Of a stretch of DNA of 64,000 bases, positions 28,146 through 39,712 are shown in pieces. The DNA is from Lingula anatina (taxonomy: Eukaryota; Animalia; Brachiopoda), in assembly GCA_051362555.1 (NCBI GenBank), contig CM120645.1, forward strand, positions 10,354,001 through 10,418,000. The letters are read 5' to 3'. The notes under the pieces were generated by a model. The model was not told the origin of the DNA, ran no database searches, and was given only the letters and a program-made list of their open reading frames with translations. Made by a program: the position numbers and the translations under genes. How positions within the stretch are numbered: position 1 is the first letter of the stretch; each line of letters opens with the position of its first letter.

Positions 28146-29431
28146 TCAGGGAATACCGTAGAACATGGAAAGAAGGGTTGAAAAGAACACGTGCGTCCAT
28201 ATTACTGGTAATAAGAAGAGAGTGTTAGCGTTGGAGATGGTCTGGCAGCACCCACATCTTGGTAAATCACCAGGCTTACATCCCAGGGGGTCGATGATAG
28301 TTTCATTAGTGGTTTGATTGGTCACGACTAGGACAGTCTTGTCAATAGTATCCTGGCAATCATAGACGTCAACTTGCATCGTAGCCTTCTCGTGGTCAGT
28401 CATGACGACAGACACTTTGTAACCACATTCTTGACGTATGTCATACTGAATGGTGTCGTCTGCTTTCAAGGGATAAAAGTCGTCTACGGTCTTCATACTG
28501 CTGTGTAGGTTTACCTTGACGTCCGAGTATTTGGCTTCAAATCTGAATATTCTGGCGTTGTAGGTGTTTGGTGGTACCACGTGGTATAATATAGTTACAT
28601 AAAGGTCCGTTCCCTCGATATTGTATACCAGTGATCCTTCAGGCTTTCCATCTTCACTGGCTTGATCAAACTCGAGGACAGTGGCTTCCCCTGGGCCGAT
28701 TCTCTCTGGTGGAACTGCTTTCATTTTTGATTCTTTAGTATACACTACCGGATTCACCAAGGCTTTTGTGTCCAGGAAATTACGTATGGCCACAATACTA
28801 GTGCAAGTAGCGGCCTCCTGACAACATGAAATTTGAAGAAAAAACTCAATGTAACAGAATCGAAGTTAACGAGCACGTGCGAATTCAGGACTCTGCCTAT
28901 GAAAGGGAGGGGGGTTGTGTGCACAAAGATAAAAAATATTGCATTTCATGATCGCAAAGACAAGAAGAAGAGGGAAATAATTTTGTCACGTGTCCTCCGC
29001 TTATGTTTGTTAGATGGGGGGGGGGGGTTGCCTGGTGGAGTGACGGGGAAAGATGGTATGTGTCTGCTGTGCCTTTTTGATCCGCCATTGACAAAAAAAT
29101 AACTGTATAAAATTGACAGCGATATACATGTTTATTGTATCTCATTTTCAAAAGGGAAGGTAATCTTCACTCCAGCACAACCATCTTAATGTTTCTTTAT
29201 TTTATGAAATTGTTAAACAATTATTGAAAAGTAAATGAAATTAATGACGATATTGTCGATGGATGATATAAATATCTGGCAATAAATGGTATAAAAATAG
29301 ACTTTCGTAAATGATTTTTAAATGAGACTACTATATTTTGTGTCCAGGAAATTACGTATGGTCATAATACTAGTGCGAGTATATATATTGAAAGTAAAAG
29401 TGTTTTTCCTGTATACACACACAAACACACA

Positions 29432-29511
<80 letters not shown>

Positions 29512-29804
29512 CAGAGAGAGAGACTCAAACAAACACTTACGGGTAAAAGACTACGTATGTCGTTATAAAAATCATACGCTTGCTTTCCATATTCAAAGAC
29601 CACGCCAAGAACCGTTGCGTCCCTCCTAGCTTGTAAATTGGTGTCGCCTTTTGGCAGAGTGTCTTCCGATTTTTTCTCTATTGTAAAGAGATCGGGAGAA
29701 TTTATGTCCACCGCATCACCAGATAAAATATCGTCAGCAGTGGCTACGCTGTACTGGATGAAAAGCAAAACAGAAATGACCTTGGATATCATCCTGAAAC
29801 CCAT
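28146..29804 (-). CDS. Actinoporin-like protein copy 5 (2 exons, ~311 aa; GPI-signal-like C-terminus)
   Basis: Exon1 29804-29541 (MGFRMISK...QARR...YNDIRSLLP|GTAAGT), exon2 28817-28146 (GTCAG|EAATCTSIVAIRNF...). Ends TLFLLPVIWTHVFFSTLLSMFYGIP. Confidence 0.83.
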
Positions 29805-30736
29805 GCTGGACAAATTTAAACTGACCGCACCTTTCTTTCCGTTTGTCTCGGTAAGTATATGCAGCTTGTCTGGAGAGACTTGATGAAGTGACTCCCAATT
29901 GATCCGCTTCCTGCTTTTGTGCAAAATAAGGATTATCACTAAAGATATAATTTTATCTACGTTTTGTGATATCTATACTCTTTGTGGTGATAATCTTCTT
30001 GCTACTCATCCTCGGACCCGAATTTTGGTACACTCGATTCTCACACATATGATACGTACGCCTTATCTATGGCAAGCCAAAGGGGAAATAATTGCAGAAC
30101 ATGTTTATCACAGCCCAGAACCAATAAATAGTATTCAGAAATATGATTTCAATGCCAAAAATGAGAAAAATTATCATGAACAATGCTCTCAGTGACATGG
30201 GGTCCCTTAATTATTTTTTGTGTTTTATATGCCGCGTGATAATTTATTGGTGCGTTTTCTACGTACCATGTACACTGTAAAAGGTGTCAGTGAACGTATA
30301 ACCACCTGTGTGGCTGTCAAATTACTACCATGGTAAAAGTAGGGAATCTCACAAACCAAGGTTTCGTTCCCAATGACGGGGTTTCTCGTTGAATGCAATC
30401 ATGTCAACGGGTTAAAAAGCCTCCTCTAATTTCGAAAGTACGCATTATATCACCAGCTTTTCTGCATTCAGCGTCAGGGGGAATTATGTTTATTTCCCAA
30501 ACAGTCTCGGACATCGGCCCACACCTGGCCAGCGCTGGCATAGATAGCAGTTATGCCCGGCCAAAACAAAAATGTGCTTATTTCATTAATTACAAAAAAC
30601 AATCAAGAATGAACAGATATATAATATGTGCCAAGTATCTAAAAATTTATGCGATTTATGATTAACAATGCCTAACATTAGTGGGCTTTGTAAATGAAAA
30701 AAAATTAAAAGTAATAAGAAATAAATAAATAAAAGC

Positions 30737-31256
30737 ATCTGCACTGATTACCAGTTAGGGCCACAATTTTATTTAAGGTTTTAGTTTTTACACATGCTGC
30801 TTTTTATAATCTAGCTCCACCATATATAACTGATCTAGTCAAACATTATAGCCCTCAAAGATCCCTGAGGTCTGGTGACAAACTTTTACTGAAAGTTCCA
30901 AAATCAAGGTTAAAATGGTATGGTGACATATCATTTTGTGTAGCTGCACCAGTAGAGTGGAATAAGTTGCCAATTTTTATTAGACAAATAGAATCACAAG
31001 AATCTTTTAAAAAGGAATTAAAAACTCATATCTTTAAGACATTTTATTCATGAATCTTAAATTTTACAATTTTAAAGAAACCTTGGATTTTTTTACTTTT
31101 AATTACTGTTTATTACAATTAAGTTAGTTTAGCTCTTATTTATATAAAATATATCTTAACCGTTTTTATCTATAAACTTCTTTGCATTTTATGTTGTACA
31201 GTCTGTTGAACATTTTATGGATTTTAGACTTGAAATAAATATATTATTATTATTAT
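30737..31256 (+). mobile_element. 5'-truncated L2/CR1-clade LINE (ORF2 C-terminus, 3' UTR, (TTA)n tail)
   Basis: Translation HLH*LPV..ILFKVLV...NLAPPYITDLV...SLRSGDKLLLKVPKSRLKWYGDISFCVAAPVEWNKLP...FKKELKTHIF, followed by AATAAA and ATT repeats. Confidence 0.8.
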
Positions 31257-33617
31257 TTACGCTCGTGGTGCAGGTTTCCATGAATCAAACCCTGTTCACA
31301 AATTCTGTAGAAACTAATACACCCCTAGACCATCATTAATGTGAGTTGTCAGCCCCCCCTTTACTGCACATAATAATTTATGCGACCCTGGCAGAAGGTA
31401 AATAATATCCATATTATTGCAATGTGTTTGCTTTTATGTGTTGAACCCGGTTTCACTATGAATGTATGGTCACATCTGCATCTGAATTCATTAAGCTTCG
31501 CAAAAAATAACATAAATAAGTGGGTGTGGTAAGTGGATTACGAATAACACAAAATCCCAGTTAATTATTTGGAAAGCAAATTTCCGGATCTGCATAATTA
31601 GAAAATGGTGCCTTCGATTCGTGTACATATTATTTCTACAAATATAATCTTTCTATAATATTCCCAAAATGGCAAAAGAAAAAATGTTATCTCACTGGTT
31701 TGCTAGAAAAAACGTTTTTTTTTCTCTGAGCCCACGCCTTTATTCCCGTTCACCTCCAGCTAAAAACGACCACTCAGCTTTGCGTTTTATTCTACTTCCG
31801 GCACAATCCTTTCTCCTCCGGTACCCTCTATTGCGATCCCTAAACCCGCCTGTCAGTTATATTCTCCCTTCCAAAAGTGTCACCTCTAACGCAATGGGAA
31901 AACTGATACAGAAAATCATGTCATAAACCAATGTTCCTCTTTCAAATTCTTAAGGGATTTTTTTCGCAAAAACTTACCAATTGTACAACCAATGAATAAA
32001 AACTAACCAAATTTAATAGGGGAGTAAAAATTAGGTTCTCATTGATGCAGAGGGGCAGAATTTCCATAGTAGTAATGGTAATGAGAGGAATTAAGAACTC
32101 AAAAACCGGGTTCCCTGGTCGCGATAGCCAGTTGCCTCTTCCTCTGTCTTCTCCTGTTCCCCTCGGCAAAAATGATTCTAATTTCTCAGAGTCAGGATCG
32201 TCTTTAAAAATGGCACTAGTTTCTGGCTTCCAGAATCCTTTTTACAAACGGACTTAGTTTCTAATTGCCAGGTTCTCTTTTTCTAGAGCGACATTGGTAT
32301 TTGAAAATCAGAATAGTTTTTGAAAAATTCAACTAAAATCAATAGTGAAACAGCAAAGTGAGACCTCAGATATCCCCGACGTAATGTAGACGACGTGCCT
32401 TAGTTCCTAATTACCTGTCCCCTCCCCCACTGTCTTCTCTTGTTTCCCTCGGCAAAAGCGATTCTAGTTTCTCAGTGTCAGAATCCTTTTAAAAATATTA
32501 CACTAATTTCTCGTTGCCAGAATCGTTTTTTTAAACGATACTAGTTTCCTTTTGCCAGAAAGGTTATGAAAAACGGTACCTGTTTCGGTTGCCGGGTTCA
32601 TTTTTGAAAACCAAATTGGAAACTAGACACACACACACCTCAGCGCCCTTTAAACCCATGGTCTCAGATTGTTGGACACTTCCGGTTAGTATCAAACTCC
32701 GGCAAATTTGTCCTTTCATTGTCAATTGTAACAGCTCAGTTTGAGCTAAGCGCTTGGCAACTCGAAGCACGATCCGCCCAATTTGTCCATTTGACGCTTT
32801 GTGTATGTTTTGGGGATTTTTAGAGATCATAGAAAACAACAAAAAAGTAAAGTTCTTTTCAACTTTGAAGTTTCCATAGATTAATGTGGACATTGGATAA
32901 AGTTTAGACCAAAAAAGAAAACCCGTTCGAAGAAAAAAAATCTAGAATAGTGACAAATAAAATAGACACAAACAGTTTAATTTTGCATTTAGTCTTATTT
33001 TTCAAAGAAGATAAGCTTGTGTTATCAAATACTGATTTACGTTTTAAATTCTGTAACATTTGATATTGAATGATCAAAATAACAAGTAAGAGGGAGAAAC
33101 AGATCTAGAAGATTGTCAATCTCACTTTGGTTAAAATAATCTTTGAATCTATTTCTTTTAAATGTACATGTCATATTAAAATTTAAAATTTTCACCCAGG
33201 CGATCCAGTATTACGTGGTGTTTATAACACATCGTCAAAATGTGTTCCTACTTTTTGCAATACAAGCAGTCTAAAAAGCATAAACATGTGTTCCATGCCA
33301 TTGTTATGGAAAAACAAGTCAATTATATTATATATATAGGAATGAAGCTAAAAAACATGCTGCAATTTGAAAATTACCTTCATAACGTATTGCATCGTTG
33401 AGATTAGTTTTGACTGTTTGCTAAAACATCTAAAGCGTAAAAAATTTGTTCCATGCCATTGTTCTGGAGAAGCAAATCAATTTAACTGTAGATCTATATG
33501 GAAAGCATTGTATATTTTGAAAATAACATTCAAAGAAAAAAATTACATTAAATCGTACTGCGTTTGTAAGCCTGTACCTGTATTTGTAAGTTTGAAAATC
33601 AACACGGATCTATCAAA

Positions 33618-34869
33618 TTAAAAGTCAACATTTTGTGGAATACAGTAGAGCATCGCAAGAAGGGTTGTAAAAAACATATATAAAGCTGTTGCTGGAAAGG
33701 AAAAGAAGGCTCGAGAGCCAGATTTCGTGTAGGAGATGATCTTGCAGCATTGGCATGTTCGTACATCACGGTTACAGTTTAGGGTGTCCAAGAATTCTGT
33801 AGTAGTGGGTTGCTTGGCCACGACTAGGACAGCTTTGTCAATACTATCATGGCAGTCATAGACGTCAACTTGCATCGTAGCCCTCTCGAGGTCAGTCATG
33901 ACGACAGACACTTTGTAACCGCATTCTGGACGTATGACGTATCGAATGGTGTCGTCTGCTACCAAGGGATATAAAGGGGATATGGACTTCATGCCGTCGT
34001 GTAGGGTTTCTTTTATGGCCGAGTACTTGGCTCTATAAGCAAATATTCTGGCGTTGTAGGTGGTTGGGGGTCCCACGTGGAATAATATAGTAACAAAAAA
34101 GACTGTTCCCTCGATATTGTACACAAATGATCCTTCAGGTTTTCCGTCTTTTTCGGCTTGATCAAACTCCAGGACAGTGGCTTGCCCTGGGCCTATTCTC
34201 CGCGGTAGAATCACTTTCAGCCTCGATGCCTTTGTATATACAACGGGATTCACCAAAGATTTTCTCTCCATGAAGTTACGTATGGTCACAATACAAGTGC
34301 GAGTAATGGAATTCTGAAAGTAAAAAAATAATAATAATAAGAAATACTAACAATGATAAAGAATATAAATAAACGGGCATGGGCTAATTTGGGATTTTGC
34401 TAAGGAATGGGGGCACAAAGATAAAAACAATGCCTCGCATGATCACACATGGAAGAAGATGGGGGGATTTCTGGTTTTAATTTGTCACGTTCCCTTCTCT
34501 TAGGTTTATTGGGGAAGGGGGGTGGAAGGCGGGTAAAGATGGCGGTAGTTATTACAGCTGTGCTGTCATTTTTCCGCCATTGATGGAATAATTGTGAAAG
34601 ATGCTAAGTAAAATATTATATTACTTTTATGATATATTAAACTGGCTCAAAACGTTTGAAAATGGAAATTGCTTTTTTTTTTTCGTGAATTGCTTTTAAA
34701 TGTGACTATATGACCAAATGGATTGCTATTGCAGTAGGCCTATATTTTCCTTTCTATGCTGAAATTACAAGATGGTTATTCAAGCCTGCTCTTTTAACCA
34801 GTTTAATTCATCCAAAGTGAAGTTGGAATATTTGATAACACGAAGAACTTTATTAATTCACATAAACAA

Positions 34870-34908
<39 letters not shown>

Positions 34909-35175
34909 CAAACAAACACTTACGGGCAAACTATCAAGTATGTTGTTAATAACGTCCAGTCCTGCCGTTACGACAGAAGTGACCTTGCCGATGTCCTCCC
35001 ATGCATCATTCTTAACAGGTGTTTCGACGTCGTCTTCCAGATCCTCTTCCATTGTAAAGAGGTGTGAAGAATTTTTTTCCACCGCATCATCAGATAAAAA
35101 TTTGTCATCAGTAGCTTCGCTGTACTGGATGAAAAGCAAAACAGAAATGACCGTGGATATCATCCTGAAACCCAT
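33618..35175 (-). CDS. Actinoporin-like protein copy 6 (2 exons, ~315 aa; divergent, basic; GPI-signal-like C-terminus)
   Basis: Exon1 35175-34924 (MGFRMISTV...GLDVINNILDSLP|GTAAGT), exon2 34313-33618 (TTTCAG|NSITRTCIVTIRNF...). Ends AFFSFPATALYMFFTTLLAMLYCIPQNVDF. Confidence 0.83.
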
Positions 35176-35919
35176 GTTGGACTAATTTAAACTGACCACA
35201 CCTTGCTTTCAGTTTGTCGCAGTAAGTATACGCAGCTCGTCTGAAGAGACTTGCTGGAATGACTCGAATTGATCCGCTTCCTGCTTTTGTGCAAAAAATA
35301 ATAATAATAAATTATTATCACCGAAGATAACTTTATCTACGTTTTTTCGTGATATCTTAACTCTCTGAGGTGAGAGTGGCAGCGAGTTGATGATCTCCAT
35401 GCTAATCATCTGACCCGCTTTTTGGTACACAAATGCATTATCATTTATTTGGCATGCACCACATACAACTACAAGCCTGGTGGACCCATACATGAGTTTT
35501 GGCTCTTGTCTCCTTTTCTGACCGATCTTCTTGTCCTTAATACACATCTATAGAGATATTATGTTACTGTACAGCTGGGAACACTACATGTAACACCCTC
35601 CTACCTCAAAGAAACAATTTTTAGCCTTGTTGGACTGTGACACAATGTACATTGACATAATATACTGTGGCAATCTGACAGTCACATAGAAAACTCACCA
35701 ATTTTTGTTAAGGGGCATATGAACCAATAAAAAAATAAAAATACTATAGGAACTCATGCCACCAAAAACATTGTTCATAATAATGGTGATATACGTTTGT
35801 CATTCCTAGTAGAAACTTATTAGTGAAACCCTTCTCTAGGAATGTTTGGATTCCCAAGCTTATGATAGTAAAATTTGTAGAACGGCACGCTGGATGTGTG
35901 AGTATCACGAGTACCAAAA

Positions 35920-36546
35920 TTAGGGTCAGATGAGTAGCATGGAGATCATGAATTCGGTGCCACTCCGACCACAGATAGTTAAGATATCACAAAAACGTAA
36001 TAAAATTATCTTCAGTGATACTGTTTGTTTTGCAAAAATGTGGGAGTCGAATCAATTGGGAGTCAATCCATCATGTTTCTCAATAAATGCTGCGTATACT
36101 TACTGCGGCAAACCGAAAGTAAGGTGTGGTCAGTTTTAATTTGCCCAGCATGGGTTTCACCATGATGTCATCGGTTATTTTCGTTTTGCTTTTCGCTCAG
36201 TGCCCCTCCCTCCAACAAACATAAGCGAAGGGAAAGTGGCAAAAGCAAGAATTCCCTTCCTCTTCTTGCCTATGCAATCATACAAGGCAATATCTTTTTG
36301 ATAACCCCCCCCCCCCCCCCCGTTCTTTATCATAATCCATGATTTGCCAGAGCTCGTTAACTTAATTTCTTTTACATTTAATTTCTTCAATTTTTATATG
36401 TTTAGGAGGCATGTGATCATATGTAATTTCCTAAACACAAAAGCCTTGGTGAATTCAACTGTATACTAGCATCAAAAGTGAAAATGATTCCACCCCAGAG
36501 AATCGGCCCAGAGCAAGCCACTGTCCTGGAGTTTGATCAAGCTGAA
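35920..36546 (+). pseudogene. Inverted, internally deleted actinoporin-like pseudogene (copy 7)
   Basis: 35920-36175 mirrors the upstream region and start of copies 5/6 (ATG GGT TTC at 36150). It then jumps to intron-like sequence and a frameshifted exon-2 start (TTTAG|GAGGC at 36406; ...KALVNS...KMIPPQRIGPEQATVLEFDQA), truncated at ~36546 by a repeat. Confidence 0.8.
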
Positions 36547-37473
36547 ACGATTCTGGCAACCAAAACCAATTGTCGTTTTTCAAAAACGATTCTGATGCTG
36601 AAAAAAAAACAGATCGTTTTTTGCTGTGGTAAACAGGAGTGGAGGGAGGAGGAGGCGACCGGGGGCTAGCGTCTACAACGACCACGTGACCTTTACCGCT
36701 GAAGCCGAGCAGGGTGTTACAGTCTCTACTCGCCGTGTGTTGAGACCGGTGTGACGTGACAGTGAGTCCCCTATGAGAGAGAGTGCGGTTCCCATTAATT
36801 TGTACAGGTAAGCCTCGCCCTAGATTTTGACCCACTTACGTCGGGCTCATCCTAACCAGTATAACTAAATGGAAGACGAATGCCCTATTGCACAGGCCTT
36901 CAGTTTCGTCACACCTTTTTTAGGTGCCAGAATTGTTTTTGAAAGAACGAATGTACTTTCTACCTTGTAGTTGCCAGGTTAGGTTTTGAAAAACGGTGTC
37001 TGGTTGACAGGTTCGTTTTTTAATAACGAAACTTAAAACTAAAAACTAGACACTAACTACAGCGCACTTTTATTGCACATAATAAAATATGCGGTACTGG
37101 TAGATGGTAGATAATATCCATATTATTGGAATATGTTTGCTTTTATGTGTTGATCCCGATTTCAATATGAAATGTGTGGTCACAATATAGTAAAAATAAC
37201 ATAAATACGTGAGTGTGGTAACACAACGTCCCAGTATATTATTTGGAAAGCTGACTTCTAGTACGTACAATGCATCTACTGAAATTCTAAATCATGCAGC
37301 ATAATTAGGAATGGTGCCTTCAGCAAGTCCGTTTTCTTATAGACTTCGGTCAAAGTGAAAATGTCTCTTTATAGTGTCGCAAAATGAATAAAAGAGTTTG
37401 AATTGGTACTTTTGATCCTGACAGTAAACATACAGCAAAATCCTCGAATATTCTTAAACAAACGCGACCGTAA

Positions 37474-37722
37474 TTAACCAAAGCACATAGCAGGACCTCC
37501 AGATTCCAGCCATGCTTTATATACTGCGTCAAACTTCTCGTTTTGGGTAACTGTAAACCAATTTTTCCAATCACCGACTTGACCTAAATTAAAAAGAAAA
37601 AATATTGAGAATTTCTATTCAATGCAATACAAATTTTCATTTATCTACTATCATTACTATTTGTCCATATACACAATACAAAGTAGTTAGAAAACTTTTT
37701 AATGCATTTCTGTGTTCAATAA

Positions 37723-37764
<42 letters not shown>

Positions 37765-39662
37765 ACGCATTGTAGCTGGAAACATGACTCAGAACAATGG
37801 CTTTTATAAAAATATTTATAGGAGTCCTAAAAATACGCGAGTGCTTTTCGTTTCAGTGTAATTTCACAAATAATAGACTTTTTCACCGTATATATACATC
37901 CAGCTAGCGCATAATGATATTTGATGATATTTAAAGAGCCATTAACTTGAGAAATATATTAACTGAGTTACAAAATTTACTAGTAAGTCGCGAAAAGGGA
38001 GAGAATGGAGACAGATAGAGAAAGTCAATGTTACCTTTCCGATACATGATTTTGTTTTCCATCTCCGACATTTGTTTGCATTGTTTCATGGTACCAAAGG
38101 AACACCTGTCTGCCATCTCCAGGTACCTGCTCTCAGGGAGTGACACGCCCAGAAAGTGGGCAATGACTTTTATCTCAGAGACCAAATCCTGGGAATAGCA
38201 TATTACAGATTTATTTTGGCCGACGCAAGAAGCATGTACTAAAATGTTGATGAAACATAACTATCACTAATGGAATTTAGCTGAATTGCTAGCTATTAGC
38301 TTTCAAAAGAAAGTGAAAGGAAAAAATCATGTGTTGTGAAATCTATAAAAAAGTGATTATTATAAAAGTAAGTGTTCTGGAAAAACTCCTTTAAGTTAAA
38401 TATAGCAATAAACGGGGGTTTTATGATTTTCACGTGAATTCGGGGAATTACTTCCCGCGGTAAAATATGGAATACAAGGGTAACTGGCATTTTATTTATT
38501 TAGGATTACACCCATCTGTCTTGAGAGGGTCAGCACGTTTGGAAAAATAACCTTTTTCAAATCTTCATACATGAGAGTGAGGACATTTTCGTCCTTCCCT
38601 CCTTCTTTGGACCACTCCATCTCGTAGTCGAACCAACTTCCTCGTACTACTGAAAAATATAGTCTCATGGTGTACAGTTACAATCTATACAAACAGACAA
38701 AGAGAGGAGGGAGGGGAAGATTACTACTAAGACGATCACAGCTGTTCTCACCGACATACTGCACTGATGCACCTACAAAATGGCAATCCATCATTGTCTG
38801 CTAGTATTAAATCGTTATGATATACCACCTTGAGAAAATAAAATGTTTGTTAACCCATGCCAATTAAGAGATTTGTATAAAAAAAGCGCCTTTGCTAAGG
38901 TGATAATATGATGGAAAATATAGGGGAAAAGAATCGAAGCAGGCGCCTTTCTAACCTTTTCCCTCCGTGAAAAGCTGTACCCATCCCTCCCAGGACCCGG
39001 AATACTGGTAGACAGAGTGAAGCTCCTTGGTATGGAGGTAGTAAGACACAGCGACATCTTTCGGATTTCTCATACAGTGGAGGAATTTACTTTTCTTCTG
39101 GATGACGTCACGCGGAAGCTGGTGCCACCAGAGGGCGCAACTGAAATGTGATCGTTTCAATGACGACAGTACGTTATGTCAGTATTCGAACAAATTGCGA
39201 CATGATGGGTTAAAATGCCACACATTATTTGAACTATAATTACAAATAGATCAGATTAAATGAGACAAGCAGCCACTTTTATGACTGAGCGCAAGTTGAA
39301 GTCACAATGTACAAGACAAAATAGAGAGCAACATACAAACACGTCCATGCAAGTACATAAGGCACATATCTAAGAAATAGTGAGGCTCATAATATTTGTA
39401 TTTTAAATAAAAATTGCTTACTTGAACACCCTTGGTGATGGTAAGTTTGTGAAACTATCTGCGTCATGGAAGTCAAACTGGGTGGTTTCTTTCGGCTTAC
39501 TGGTATAGTCTGTGGAGTTACCCAGTAACATATGTACGATTTCCCACAGCCAGTGAGTACCTTCAGAAGCAAGCATTACTGATGTGTAGTTACATCTGTT
39601 ACCGTTTCATACTGGGGATTTTATTATGAATACTTATAGTACTAGAAAATAGTATAGGCAGT

Positions 39663-39712
<50 letters not shown>

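Noticed and set aside
3087-35185. Ser/Thr-rich plus-strand ORFs (3087, 12952, 20879, 29638, 34772)
   Set aside because: Antisense shadows of exon 1 of the array genes.
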